Source of the DNA: Octopus sinensis
Lineage: Eukaryota
DNA: 64,000 nucleotides
NCBI RefSeq assembly: GCF_006345805.1
Contig: NC_043017.1
Location: forward strand, 11,470,001-11,534,000
Direction of reading: 5' to 3'
Shown: piece by piece, positions 26,270 through 40,377 of the stretch
Position numbering within the stretch: position 1 is the first letter of the stretch
How the letters are laid out: every line of letters begins with the position of its first letter
Notes under the pieces: generated by a model
The model's input: the letters and a program-made list of their open reading frames with translations, nothing else
Database searches by the model: none
Told to the model about the DNA's origin: nothing
Position numbers and translations under genes: made by a program

Positions 26270-26590
26270 CACACACACACATTCCTTTCTGTAGAAGAGT
26301 GTAGGCTTGGAACATTTTTCCTGAGCATCAAATTAATCCACCTTGTTTGCTGTTCCCTCACCTGTCTTTGTCTTTTGTTTTTTGTACAATTTTGAACCAC
26401 ACACATATATACATGTATGTATCTTTCTGTTGAAGAGCATAGGCTCGAAACGTTAAAGACTTGTTTTATTTATATTTCCTGAGCGCCATACTAATACAAT
26501 TGTTTGTTTGTATTCCACCTGCCTTCGTCTTTTGTTTATTTCCGTAAACCTGCCTTCGTCTTTTGTCTATTTTCATAAAGCTTCCCGTTA
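26270..26590 (+). mobile_element. Penelope-like terminal repeat with hammerhead-like motif (copy at ~44040-44200 on -)
   Basis: TTTCTG(T/A)..GAAGAGC....GCTCGAAACGT motif, repeated in degenerate form at ~26285. Confidence 0.65.
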
Positions 26591-28011
26591 TATATACATA
26601 TATACACATATCTGAGTGTTTCCTTTTCCATTGTTTTTCAAGTTTCTCACCAATAGAGAAAGAGTTGCTTTCTAACATAGGAAAAAAATATTTCCAATGG
26701 AATTGAGACAACATCAATGGGGCAGTCATGGATGGATGCACATGTACATATGCACTTATTACATGCTTATTTCTGGGATGTGTTGCTATGTATGTGTGTG
26801 TGTGTACCTATATATGTATGTGTGTGTCTATATATATGTAAGGTTTTAGTTACCAATTTTGTACAAGACTGTAGATCTGGGCTAAAAAGTCACATTCGAT
26901 CACAGCACCAGTAACAGTTAAGCTTCGTGCAATGGCCATACTCGATATCGAGGGGGCAGCCATAATATATATACACACACACATATACACACAGAAACAC
27001 CTCTCTCTATATGTGTGTATATGATATAAACACACATACATACAGCAAACAAACATGTATGCAAATATATATACAGTATACTACACAAACACACACACTC
27101 ACACACACATGTCCATGATGAATTGATGCCAATCGTGTCAACTGTGAAAACAGATGTGATTGTAAGACGCAAAGGAAGAAAAGAAAATATATCCAATGTT
27201 ACAAGATGGGTGGCAGAGAGTAGGAGAGAGTATTATACTTGACAGGGTGGCACAGAGCATGAAAAACCATCCATATTAAAATGCTGTTGTGCAGGGTATT
27301 ATACCGTAATACTTTGGGTGGTATTATGTATTTAGGAGCGATTAGGCTGTGCGGTTAAGAAGTTTGCTTCCCAACCACAAGGTTCTGGGTTCAGTTCCAC
27401 TTCTGTTATAGCCTTGGGTACTGGGGTCAATGAAATCAACTGCCAAAATTTAAAACCAATTATATTATAATTATGAAAAGGAGGCATAAACTGGCATTTT
27501 GGACAAAATGCTTAATATCATTCTTTCCATTTCTTTTTCTTCTGGTCAATTTTGCCTTTCACCCTTTCAGGGTCTTGAGAGTAGATTTGGTTGAAGGAAA
27601 CTGAAAGAAGCCCATCATGTGTGAGTGTGTATGTGTGTATGTGTATGAGTGCTTGTGTATGTGTGAGTGCATGTGCATATGTATGAATGTGTGTGTGTGT
27701 GTGTGTGTGTGCGCACGAAGGCACATGACTTAGTGGTCAGGGTGTTTTACTTATGATTGTGAGATTGTGGGTTTGATTCCCAGACTGGGCATTGCATTGT
27801 GTTTGTGAGCAAACACTTCATGTCACGTTGCTCTGTGTTCATTTCGTCATGTGACATGTGACATGTGCACCTGTACAGGTAAAGTCAATTTGATGGCGGG
27901 AGTGAGTTTATGTGTAAACAAATATTTGGTTGTTCAGCAAGAAATTGCAGAACCCTCATATGTTGTCTTACGATGGGAGAGTCCATGATATGACATTATA
28001 TATATTGTTGT

Positions 28012-28520
28012 GACCCCGTTTGGTCATGAATAACCATGGGATTGCACTTAGAAAGTTACCCTCTGAGGCACAAGTCTGGGCAAGGTTGTTTATGGAAGAC
28101 CAACAGTCACCCATGCATAGCAGCCTCCCCTCTCCACACCACTGATGTTATCCAAGGGAAAGGCAAAGGCCGATACAGCTTGGCACCAGTGACGTCGCAG
28201 TTCATTTATTAACGTGTAAGTGGCTGAGCACTCCACAGACACATGTACCTTAACGTAATTCTCGGGGAGATTCAGTGTGACACAGAGTGTGACAAGGCTG
28301 GCCCTTTGAAATACAGGTACAACAGAAACAGGAAGAAAGAGTGAGAGAAAGTTGTGGTGAAAGGGTACAGCAGGGTTCACCACCACCCCCTGCTAGAGCC
28401 TCGTGGAGCTTCAGGTGTTTTCGCTCAATAAACACTCACAATGTGCAGTCTGGGAATTTAAACCACGATCCTATCACCGCGAGTCTGCTGCCCTAACCAC
28501 TGGGCCATTGCACCTCCACA
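28012..28520 (-). mobile_element. Chimeric SINE: family A head/body (~28205-28520) joined to family F tail (~28012-28204)
   Basis: Alignment to 7814-8199 and to 25463-25797 switches at ~28205. Confidence 0.75.
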
Positions 28521-28526
28521 TGACAT

Positions 28527-28760
28527 TATATATATATAAAGTTAATCCAAACATGAAAACACAAAGAGAAAACACAGCAACGCGAGGACATGGAACAAAT
28601 ATAGTATTATTGGATGCTCAGGAAGGAAGGGAATAAGGAGGGTTTTACGTTTCGAGCGGAGCTCTTCGTCAGAAACATAGGAAAAGGAAAGATCCAGAGA
28701 AGGGAAGACGGAGGAAAAAAATCGCCAACGGTACACATGCGGTCACATTTTGAATGACCG
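28527..28760 (-). mobile_element. Penelope-like terminal repeat (second family); copy at ~30088-30260
   Basis: Two homologous copies; contains CTGACGAAGAGCTCCGCTCGAAACGTA on the minus strand. Confidence 0.7.
28643..28676 (-). ncRNA. Minimal type-I hammerhead ribozyme motif
   Basis: GTTT-CTGACGA-A-GAGC(TCC)GCTC-GAAA-CGTA-AAAC: core, stem II, palindromic ACGT stem III and a 4-bp stem I. Activity untested. Confidence 0.55.
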
Positions 28761-28913
28761 GAAGGAAATACATAATTTACTGCTATTGGCCCAGTGACAG
28801 ATTTAGAAAGCATGTTTGAATGTGGATGAAGAAGTTTGTTTCTTCTCCCTCTCTCACTTTTTATACACACACCCACTCACATATGTGTACGTGTGTGTGT
28901 ATTCGTGTGTATA

Positions 28914-28968
<55 letters not shown>

Positions 28969-29092
28969 ATATATAGATAGATAGGTATAGATATAGACAC
29001 ACACACACACACGCACTGTAAATGTTGTTTATACATTGCTATATATAGAATGTCTACTTTTACTTTCATCATTCTCTTTTATACATGATACA

Positions 29093-29969
29093 CAAGGTGC
29101 ATTCAAGAAGTTTTGACTCTGTTTCAGGAGAGATAATCATAGCTGCCCTAGATTATTGTAATTTTAGTATATCATTACTATATATCCAATAAGCTGACCT
29201 GCCTCCTTTTGTTATTCCAGTTTGGAGGAGATTATTGTAACAACACTTCAAACACACCCTATTAAACACTTCTCGTCACAACTGACAAGTTTGTAGAATG
29301 CAGTTGGGCCACGAAGACAATATGGAATCTTGCAATAAAGTTTTGTGTTGAACTGGGGTGGGGAAAACACTACAGAAACATGTGAAGTGCTCCAGACTGG
29401 TCATGGATTAACTTATAAGAGCCAAGTATCTGTTTTCTACTGGCACAAGATGCCAAAAAAAGCAAGCCTACTGGGGAACTCATAATGATCCCCATTTCGA
29501 CAACAGCAAGAACATCATTTATATCCACTGGGTCCCCTCTGGCCAGATGGTCAACAAAGATTACTTTGCAGAGGTTTTGAGGGAATTCAGAAAGAGATCT
29601 TCTCACAAAGCAGCCAGAACTGTTCTACGTTGGTCAGTGGTACCTCCACCAGAACACAATTCCATCCTGGTAACCAACTACTTGTCAGAGAAGGGCATCA
29701 AAACTGCCACTGACCTTCCCTTACAGCCCAGACCCTAATCTCTGTGACTTTGGGTTGTTCCCCAAGCAGAAGGAGAAGCTGAATGAGGCTGTGATCAGGT
29801 CCTGAATACCTTCACTTTGGATGACTTCCATGGGACCCTTCATCAGGTGGCTGGAGCCCTACAACAACTGCACTGAAGTGAGAGGATCCTGCTTTGAAAG
29901 AGACTGAAGTTTTGTACTTCCTGGAGATGAATAGATGTCACTCCTGAAAAACTTCTGGAAAGCGCTTTG
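29093..29969 (+). mobile_element. Decayed mariner transposon
   Basis: Imperfect TIRs CAAGGTGCATTCAAGAAGTTTT / revcomp CAAAGCGCTTTCCAGAAGTTTT; remnant ...HWVPSGQMVNKDYFAEVLREFRKR...NYLSEKGIKT. Confidence 0.8.
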
Positions 29970-32344
29970 TACATTTACTATATGTAAATGTGAATATAAG
30001 AAATATATAGAGACAACGATATGGTTTATATCGGGGATAATAAAGTATACATACAAAACAATAATGTATGAACATATATATATATATAGTTAATCCAAAC
30101 AAGAAAGCACAAAAAAACACAACAATGCGAGGACGTGGAACAAATATAGTATTATTGGACGCTCAGGAAAGAAGGAGGGTTTAACATTTCGAGCGGAATT
30201 CTTCGTCGGAAACATAGGAGAAGGAAAGACAGAGGAAAAAAAATCACCAACGGTACACGTGTGTGTGTGTGTGTATGGACCCCACTAAGGGTCATGTGGA
30301 CCTGGGTTGAGAAACAGTGCTCTTCATGGTCAGCTTGGCTTACTAAAAATAATTGTCAAATTCACTTCAACTTACAATGAATGAATGGTCATGGGTGGAA
30401 TGTCGCTGATCATAAGTGTTCTCAGTTTATGCTGACTCAAGGTTAAACAAAAGCAACAACAACAGCAAACAGTTTTCAGTGTGGCGCCAGTTAACCGGGA
30501 GGTGATCGGTGTTGGATTGGAGCTCTGTAACTGTGTGTCAGGAGATTAATGGTGGTGGTGGTGGTGGGGGGGAGCATGAGTGTGGGTGGGTTAAATGTTT
30601 CAAGTCATCTGTGTCTATTTCAAGGAGGTTCAGGAAGTTCATTTAAATATAGGTTAAAAAAGGTGTGAGCATGGCTCGACTGTGGTACTCCATTCATAAA
30701 ATTACAAATTCTGGAAGTGTGTTTTTTTTTCTTCTTTTAGTACACTCCATGGGCTTGGCATTGTAACTAATAATTTTTTAACTCATATTTGATGTTGTTG
30801 TTGTTGTTTAGTTCCAGATCAGTCCTGATCAAGGAGACCTAGGGTTAAAAACATTCCAGTCTTGACCAACCCATTTAATTCAAAGTTTACTAAAGTTGAC
30901 TTTACTTTTCATCCTTTTGGGGTTTAATGAGTCAAGTACCAGTTCTACATTGGGGGTTGATGTCATTGACTTATCCCTCCCCTGAAATTGCTGGCCTTGT
31001 GCCTAGAGTAAAAAGGAGTTTTAATAATTCTTGTTATTTTTGTTGCAAAGCATGTGGCTTCGTGGTTGGGGGTAATTGGCTCAGGATCGTAAGGTCACAA
31101 GTTTAATTCCTAGTGGCACACTGGGTCCTTAAGCAAGACACTTTCACATTGTTGCAGTCCACTCATCTGGCAAAAAGGAGTTGTACCTGTAATTCAATGG
31201 GCCCAGCCTTGTCACATTTTGTGTCACACTGACTCCCGCTGAGAACTACAGTAAGCGTAAATGTGTCTGTGGAACGCTCAGCCACTTGCACATTAATTTC
31301 TCAAACAAGCTGTTCTGCTGATCGGATCAACTGGAACCCTTGTTGTTGTAACCGACAAAATGCCAGATTCTATTTTTTTCTTATTTTCAATGTAGTTGTT
31401 GTTACTTTGTTTTATATAAACTGTTCCAAGTCTCACCCAGAGAGCTCAAGTAACAGCAAGTTGAATGTTTTAACTATGAGAGCTGTTTATGATTAGCAAA
31501 GATATATTTCAAGGAAAGCAAACCAGATTCTTTGAATTAAGATTTCATTAAAAGTTTTTTTGTAATGCTTGAGATTTTGAAAGAGTTTTAAGAGAACCAG
31601 ATATTCTCAGGTTAATAATGTTTTTGTAAGAAAGTGGGCAGCACCCATAAAACCAACTTTTTGTAGTTCTTATTCTCTGAGTTTTCCTGGTATTTTGCCT
31701 CGTGTTTAACAGTGCCGCCATCATCATCATCATCATCATCACCAAAACCACCACCACCACCACCATCGTCATCATCATCATCATCATCATTATTGAGTGA
31801 GAGAGCAGTACATGCCATCAAAGTGAGACGGGTAAAATATACGAAGCCCAGTATACCCATCTTGACTGCCCGTCTGATAAGGGTACACTAGGCACATGCA
31901 TCACAACCATATGTGCGTGACATGGTGATCTCATATCAAGATATACAGCACATGACCTTGCAGGTGGGGCCCAGTTAGAATTTTCTTCTGGTTGAGTAAC
32001 CCATCCTGCTCAAAAGGTCCCTGAATAAGGGTTGTTTAAGGATATTGAAAGAAACACCCATGTTTCCAGAGGTGAATTATTCAAACCCCAAAGAATCCCT
32101 CTCAACACATGGCTATGATGATCCCAACTACTTCTGCTTGTGATCAGCAATGCACATAACGTCAACCACTAAATGACATGCTCAACTGGTTATGGTCAAA
32201 CAACTGACAAGCAAATCTGTAGTATTGAGCAGAATATTTGCTGTAGCCCATCTTTTATACCGAGACAAAACAATGTATATGATAACACTTCCAATCAGTT
32301 AAGATCAGAGGCCATGAGAGCCACTGCCTGGTACTGCATCAGGG

Positions 32345-32404
<60 letters not shown>

Positions 32405-32859
32405 CATCAAGGTGGTGAGCTGGCAAAGTTGCTAGCATGCCAGGGAAACTGATTAGCAGCATTTCGTCCATCGTTACATAATGAGTTCAAATTCTGCTAT
32501 GGTCGACTGTAACTTTCATCCTTTTGAGATTGATAAAATTAGTACCAGTTGAGCACTGAGGTCGATATAATAGAATTACCCACAGCCTGAAATTGCTGGC
32601 CTTGTGCCAAAAACTTGAAACCCATATCTAATGGCAGCAAAGCTGGCAGAATCGTTAGCATGTCAGGCAAAATGTTTCGTGGTATTTCACCTGTCTTTGT
32701 GTTCTGAGTTCAAATTCTGCTGATGTCAACTTTGTCTTTCATCCTTTCAGGGTTGATAAATTAAGTACCAGTGAAACACTGGGGTTGATACAATCGACTA
32801 GTCCCCTCCCCAAAAATTTCAGGCCTTGTGCCTATAGTAGAAAGGATTATTATTGTTAT

Positions 32860-32980
32860 TTATTGCCTTTGCACAGCTTCTAACGCTGGAGATGTATTAC
32901 AGTGTTAGCTGTTCACTACCAATAAACTAAGGTAACACCTCTAATTTTTCGAGCACCCTCTGGAGTGTTCGAGCGGTATT
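32860..32980 (-). mobile_element. Short 3' end of the R4/Dong-like family
   Basis: Reverse complement matches ~24990-25085 (GAGGTGTTAC...GTTAGAAGCTGTGCAAAGGCAAT). Confidence 0.7.
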
Positions 32981-32993
32981 ATCATCATCATCA

Positions 32994-33031
<38 letters not shown>

Positions 33032-34684
33032 ACATAGATTATCCATTACTACATTGTCCAATGATTCTGTAAGTTTTAAAAGAAAATTTCCACTCTAAGG
33101 TGTGATCTGAGAATGATTTGACTGCTATTTCAAGCAAGTCAAGCAACCATATAGATGCTGCCTCGATGATGGTCTTCCTTAAAGGGGTGTTCAGCATTTT
33201 GTGTATAAAAGGAGAGCAGAAAATGGAGTTGAAAGCTTTGCTCCTGCTGCTGGTAATGATGAGAGTTGGGTTGATGCAGCATACACACACACACACACAC
33301 ATGTATATGAGTATGTAGTTGCAGGTGTGGCTGTGTGGTAAGAAGCATGCTTCCTAACTACATGGTTCCAGGTTCAGTCCCACTGCATGGCACTTTGGAC
33401 AAGCGTCTTCTCCTATAGCCTTGGGCTAACCAAAGCCTTGTGAGTGAATTTGCTAGACGGAAACTGAAAAAAGCCTGTCATATATATATATATATATATA
33501 CATATGACACTGGTACAGTTTCCACTCATTTCTTATTTTTATTTTCCTAAAATTTTCAAGGTTGCAAGACGCAATGAAAATTTTAGGAAAATAAAAATAA
33601 GGAATAAGTGGAAATTTTACCAGTGAATGTGTTAAATTATAGGGCACTAAAAGAGAATGACTCTCCCCAGACACAACAGAATATGCTTCAACACACGAAT
33701 TCATATAAAGTATCTTGCAAACCAAATCCAAAAACGAAATCAGAATGAATAATTTACCTTATATTCAACTAGCATTTGAGACTGAAGTGCTTGGAATACT
33801 CAAAGTACCCCAGCTCTGGGGTACCTTAATCTTCCAGGAGCATAGAATGTGACAGTAGAGTGTCATGACCCGGATGCAGCCCAGCTCAGACCCCTTAGTA
33901 TGTAAGGAGTTAGGGGCTAAAACACTTTGCATGAGTGAGTGGGGAGCTTCTTCTCTGAGGACCTTCTTCTGTTCAGCTCTCCCTCTTACAGTTCCTTACT
34001 TTTGTGGTCTTTAGTACACTTTTCTTGGGGACAAAAAAAAAACAAAAAAAAAAAACAAAGAGATGGTCTTGGTTGGAATTCCTTTGATCATAGGTCTTTT
34101 CAAACCAGGAGGATCTACTGATTAAACATCAAATAACAACAACGACAACAACAATAGTTGGGTTGTTAAAAATTTGTGAACAATCCCTGAGGTAGGATGT
34201 GGTTTATATTTCACAGCTGGCTGTTCTTCCTAACACTGCCCACTCAGCTATTAGGAGTGGAGCCTGTTTGTCAGTCAGGCATACTGAGACAACAAGAAGA
34301 GCTGTATGCATTCCTTAGAGGATACAGTATCACAGATAATTAACATTTGAACTTAGAAACCAGGTTCAACAGCTTTTCTACTTCATATACACATTGGTTC
34401 ATTCATATATATATATATATATATATACATACTATATATTTACATATGTGCATTTATGTATGTATGCATGTACATATATTTATATATATGTGTGTGTGTG
34501 TGTATATATATATATACACACACACACACACAAATATATATATATATATATGCGTGTGTGTGTGTTTATATACACATATACATATATATGTGCATATATA
34601 TATGTATACAAATTTGGCGTGTGTTGTGTTCCATTACTTGATAAATAAAAAATGTATAAACAGATGATGATTATACATTTTTTC

Positions 34685-34737
<53 letters not shown>

Positions 34738-34765
34738 CATACATGCATGCATGCATACATGCATG

Positions 34766-34822
<57 letters not shown>

Positions 34823-35372
34823 TATATATAGCTGGTGCTCCAGTATGGCCACAATCAAATGACTGAAGCAAGTAAAAGAATATACAAACATATATGGAAA
34901 TACACATACACATTTATATGTACATACACACATGTACAGACATGCATACACACTCACACATACATGAGAGTGAGTGTGGGTGTGTGTAGGTGCAGTATGG
35001 TTGAATGGTTAACAAGTTTACTTCATCACCAGAAGAAACTAAGTTCCATCCCACTGCATGGCATCTTGGGTAAATATCATTTTCCTACACCCTTGGTGGA
35101 CCCATACCCTATATGTGAAACTGTGTAGATTGAAATTTAGCAGTAACCTATCGGGTGGATTTTATCTGCAATTCAAATACCCTGGTACCCACTGTGTTGT
35201 GCTAACCCTGTCTGAGAATTATATTAAGAATATATCCGTATCTGTTGTTCATTTCCAGTGTTCTCTGAAAACATGTCTGGCCATACAAAAATGCTATCTT
35301 GCTTGGAAACAGGTGAAGCCTCAGCAAATTCTGTCACACTAAGCATGGAAAAGGAGAAATTAAAATAATGAT

Positions 35373-35442
<70 letters not shown>

Positions 35443-35790
35443 TATTGGATTTGGATGTTCCTATTTATGTAGCTAGTTAATAAATAATATGAATTGGTAA
35501 TATCTGTAAGTCGATGATTGGAATGAATCTGTTCCTTCATTTTCTTATTTGTATTATGAATTTGAGGTAAGATATTTTACCTTTGCTCATCTAATACAAT
35601 AAATGAATTAATTGCATTGCAATTATAAGCATTTATGTATTTGCTATTTGGGTGCTTCACCAGCAGTATATTGGATAACTGATGTTCCATAGTGAGTTAC
35701 ACTCATAACCCCTATCTCACTTTGTACTATATATATATATATATATATATACATACATACACACATACACAAATAAATAAATATGCACAT

Positions 35791-36456
35791 ATGATAGATT
35801 TCAATTTTTAATAACTTCCTTAACTCTACAAATAAATGCATGAAATTTTGATACAATATAAAGGACATAATGGAAATTATTATGTTCTCCTTCAGTTGCA
35901 CCAGGGTCTCCAGTTTGTTGATGCAAACCCTCTCTTTCAAGTAACCTCACAAGACAAAATCCAAGCTAGTTAAGTTTTGGGGAATGTGAAGGCTGGTTGA
36001 CCTTGCCATAGCAGGAGATTATTCTCTCTCCAAAGCACTGCCATAGCAACTGCCTTGTTTCTCTTGTGGTATGAGCAGTTGCCTCATCTTCCTGGAATCA
36101 CGTGTGAGGTCTACCTTGAATGGCTGGGCACAAAAAGGTCTCAAACATGGATACCTGAAAGAGAAGGTTTGCATCAACTAACTGGAGACCCTAATTCAGC
36201 TGAAGGAGAACATCAAAGGAGAAATCAGAGAAGTGAGGTCTGAAATTCTTGAGGGTGCATGTTTTGGAAAGAGCATGGGTGTGCAAAGCCGAAAATGGCT
36301 GCCATTTAAGCGATGCCATTTTTCATATGTGATGTAGTGGTGTTGCAAAATCTGACTCATGCATATTAATTTCCATTATGTCCTTTATATTGTATCAACA
36401 TTTCATACACTTATTTGTAAAGTTAAGGAAGTTAATTAAAAAATGAAACTCATCAG
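35791..36456. mobile_element. Tc1/mariner-superfamily remnant: two transposase 3' ends in divergent orientation
   Basis: Minus: FQEDEATAHTTRETRQLLWQCFGERIIS...SPKL..LDFVL.GYLKERV. Plus: WIPERE/GYLKEKVCIN.LETLIQLKENIKGEI. Outer ends are inverted repeats. Confidence 0.7.
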
Positions 36457-38049
36457 TGACTTAAGCAGCAGGGGACAGTTCAGGTCCCGCCAGGTTGTGT
36501 ATGGAGAAGGTTCGCATGCACAAGGCCTAGCCAAGGGCAGATCACCTTTAGACTTGACTTATTCTATCAATCTCTGATGCCAAACTACTAAGTTATGGGG
36601 ACATAAGCAAACCAACACCAGTAATCAAGCAGTGATGGGATGGGGCGACAAATTCAAATACAAACACAAACACACACATACACACTTAGGTATATACTAC
36701 ATATACATTTACAAGGAATTTCTTCTCAGTTTCTGTCTATCATTTTTTCTGGAATAGTGGATCTCAAAGCACACATATAGCTATATATAAATAATAGCAT
36801 GTAAATGTTGAGTTGCAAAACCCATTTTGGAAAGAAAAATTTGAAGCTACCAGTGGGAGACACACACACACACACACTTCTGTCAACAAATCATCTCTTT
36901 GCTTCATGAAAACTTGTGAAAGAAGATGTGTGAAAAAAGACATTTCTTTTACATTCAAAACAGGTGAAGACCAAGCGTCTAGTAATATGTATCCATCTAA
37001 CTCATGCTAGCATAGAAAAACAGACATAAGCAAATGACTGAACAATATGTGTACAAGAAAATGAGGCTTATAGAAATGTCAATAAAAAGAGTTGAACATG
37101 GCAATATGTCCATTGCAAAGGTGACAATATAGTCATACAGTAAGGATGAGAAGAAGGGGCAAAGACACGTGTGTTCAATGGATATATTGAATGCTGTTGG
37201 CAAGAGGGAGGGGAACGGGGAGAGAGAGAGAGAGAGGAGAATTAAAGGTGAGGGAGCTTTCGATGAGCAACATATTTATTTCCCAGCAATCAAACCCAAG
37301 AGGAACTACAATTAGACAGCAGTAAAGGGAGCTGCCTTGAGTTTTGCGAAGGAGTGAACTTTATATGGATCTTATGTAGTCTTGTGAGTCGTATGGTGAC
37401 CTCACTGGTGCTGGTAGCAGGAGAATAACAGTGCCCTGAAATTGCTATAAAGCGGTTGCCATTGGGAAGGGCATCTAGCTGTAGAAACTGTACCAGAGCA
37501 GACACTGGGGTAATCTTTGGACCCATCAGATCTTATCAAACCATCTAACCCATGAGAACATGGAACGTTGATGCTAAATGAAAATGATGCTGTGTGTGTG
37601 TGTGTGCATATGTGTTTTCATTTGATTATTTGTTTCGTGGGTTTTTTCCATTCTAGCATGGGTAACATGAGTGTCTTATTGAGACATTTGTTTTATAGTT
37701 GGATGCTCTTCCTGTCACTAACTCTTACTACTTTTTCAAATAAAAGAACTCTTATTTCATACCTCTTTGAAGACAAGAATTGACTTGTTGACATTGATCG
37801 AAAAAATAACACCACCACTTTCATAGAACACAAATGAAAACAACCACATAGATACACACACACACACACACACACACATGCATGTCTGGTGTGTGTTTGT
37901 TTATGTGTGTGTGTGTGTGTGTATTTAAAGAATTATATATATAACCTGTATCGACCAGACTGTCAGATGTTGTTATACATCCCTGGTCACAATGTATTTC
38001 CAATTCTTTCTTAATTGTGGCCTTCTTTTCCATCTTGGACCAAAAACCA

Positions 38050-39700
38050 AATCATTTAACTAAATCAACTTCCTATCCCCGCGGATGACTTCCAAAATGA
38101 CCATCTCCAATCCTTTGGGTTCCAATCAGCAACTGCAAGGGTCCACTTGTGGTCATTGAACCTTGTGACATGTTTGGACCAACAAAACTTGTGCTTTTCA
38201 TATTCTGTGATCATGCTGTTCACTCAGCTCTATTCTCCAATTACCTAATTCCAGACATGTTCTTGCATGTCTTTCCATGGATCTTTCCATGGATCTTTGC
38301 ATCATAACCAATCAATGTTCTTCCCTCTTCATGGTAGTCCATGTCTCACTTTCATTCAAGAACATAGATATGATGGTGCTATTGAAAAAACTAGCACTTA
38401 GAGTCTTGTCCAACTTTTAGCACATCTGTTATCAGGGTAAGTGCCATCCATCCTGCCCTTATTCTTCTTGAGATTTCAGCATCCATATCTCAGTGCTTAT
38501 TCACTATGGGCTCCAGAAATAACCCCTTACTTCCTCAATCACATCACTTCCACCTTTATTTGTTCGTCCCTTGGCTATGACATTTGGCTGCATCTATTTT
38601 GTTTCTGTACTGTTCCTTTTAAAGCCTATTGCTGAGCCATGGCTGTCCAGCTTTCTCAGTATGGCCTGCAACTGGTGTTAGTTTCAATGAGTACGATGTC
38701 GTCAGTGAATTAGAGAGGTGTGAATTAGTAGCTAGCTGTTAATGTTCATGCTGCCTTTCCAGTCAATGTCTCTGATGACTGTTTCTAGACATGCATTTAA
38801 GAGCTTTGGAGAGCTGGCAGAAATGTTAGCACGCCGGGCGAAATGCATAGCCGTATTTCATTTGCCGTTACGTTCTGAGTTCAAATTCCGCCGAGGTCAA
38901 CTTTGCCTTTCATCCTTTCGGGGTCGATTAAATAAGTACCAGTTACGCACTGGGGTCGATATAACCGACTTAATCCGTTTGTCCTTGTTTGTCTCCTCTG
39001 TGTTTAGCCCCTTGTGGGTAATAAAGAAATAGGTATCTCCTTGTAAGATGTTTCTCAATTGGAAATCTTATGGGTGGTGATACCAGAGAATGACATCTAA
39101 AAAAAAAATAGGTGTTGTACCCAGAGTTTGCATCACTGAGCAGTTTGGTGTATTGCACCTCATCCCATTGAATTTCCAGGAATTTCAGTTCTATGTTCAT
39201 CTTGACACTATCAAAGGTCTTCTCACAATTGCCAAATGCAATGCACAGGGGCAGCTTGTATCCTTTCACTTATTCTATTAGCTGCGTTAGAATGGATATG
39301 AGATCTGCCATACTGAAGCTCTTACGGAAAACTGCTTGCTCCTTCAGCTTTGGTCATCAAAATGTTTTGATAGTCTGATGACTATGAGCTTTGTAAATTT
39401 CTTGTAGAGGTGAGACAAGAGGTATATGGGAAGAGAACTTCTTAAATCTTCTTTGTTGCCTTTCTTATGAAGCAAGATATTATTTGATTCTTTTGACACA
39501 CACACACACACACACACACAAAGATAAATGAATAAAAAGTAAATAAATGAAAAATTGTCCTCAGCTGAAGAAAGCAGATAAAACTCCAGGAAAAGGCAGC
39601 ATAACAAGAGAAATTCTAAGGAGTGGAGGAGAAGCAATGAAGAAAAATCCTTGTTTTGTATTCAAATCATTATCTGAAAGAGGGGAATACTCTTGCATAA
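38050..39700 (-). mobile_element. Old RTE-type LINE remnant interrupted by SINE B (38808-39036)
   Basis: KGNKEDLRSSLPIYLLSHLYKKFTK..., EQAVFRKSFS..., LPLCIAFGNCEKTFDSV (RT 1-3-like); many disruptions. Boundaries approximate. Confidence 0.7.
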
Positions 39701-39890
39701 ATATACATACATACATACATACATACATACATACATACATGTATGTATGTGGTAGCTGACCACCAGGAGTACACCACATGTATACACACACACACACACA
39801 CAAACACATATACATACATACATATAGATATAAATATATTATATTATATATGTATATATATATATTTATTTATGTTTATATATATATACG

Positions 39891-40272
39891 TAGGTGCAGG
39901 CGTGGCTGTGGTAAGAAGCTTGCTTCCCAACCATATGGTTTTGGTTTCTGTCCCACTGCATGGCACCTTGGGCAAGTGTCTTCTATAGCCTCGGGCTGAC
40001 CTATACCTTGTGAGTGGATTTGGGAGATGGAAACTGAAAGAAGCCCATCATATATGTATATGTATATGTATATGTTTGTGTTGATACCTGCTCACCAGCA
40101 CTTCACAACCGGTGTTGGTGTGCTTACCTTCCCGTAACTTAGTGGTTCGACAAAAGAGACCGATAGAATAAGTACCAGGCTTACAAAGAGTAAGTCCAGG
40201 GGTTGATTTCTTCAACTAAAAAGGCAGTGCTCCAGTATGGCCCCCGTCAAAATGACTGAAACCTGTAAAAGA
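39891..40272 (+). mobile_element. SINE family D
   Basis: Matches 63314-63718, including the internal TA/TG tract. Confidence 0.8.
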
Positions 40273-40321
40273 ATATATATACGAGTATATATATATATAT
40301 ATACGAGTATATATATATATA

Positions 40322-40377
<56 letters not shown>

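Noticed and set aside
33039-33318. Overlapping ORFs including MELKALLLLL (signal-like)
   Set aside because: No convincing splice context, flanked by microsatellites, no recognisable domain.
33806-33825. GTACCCCA-GCTC-TGGGGTAC hairpin
   Set aside because: An isolated 8-bp stem is within chance expectation.
35653-35727. Possible phase-1 mini-exon (QSEIGVMSVTHYGTSVIQYTA) on -
   Set aside because: The acceptor lies in a (TA)n tract and the donor (gtgaag) is weak; no support.
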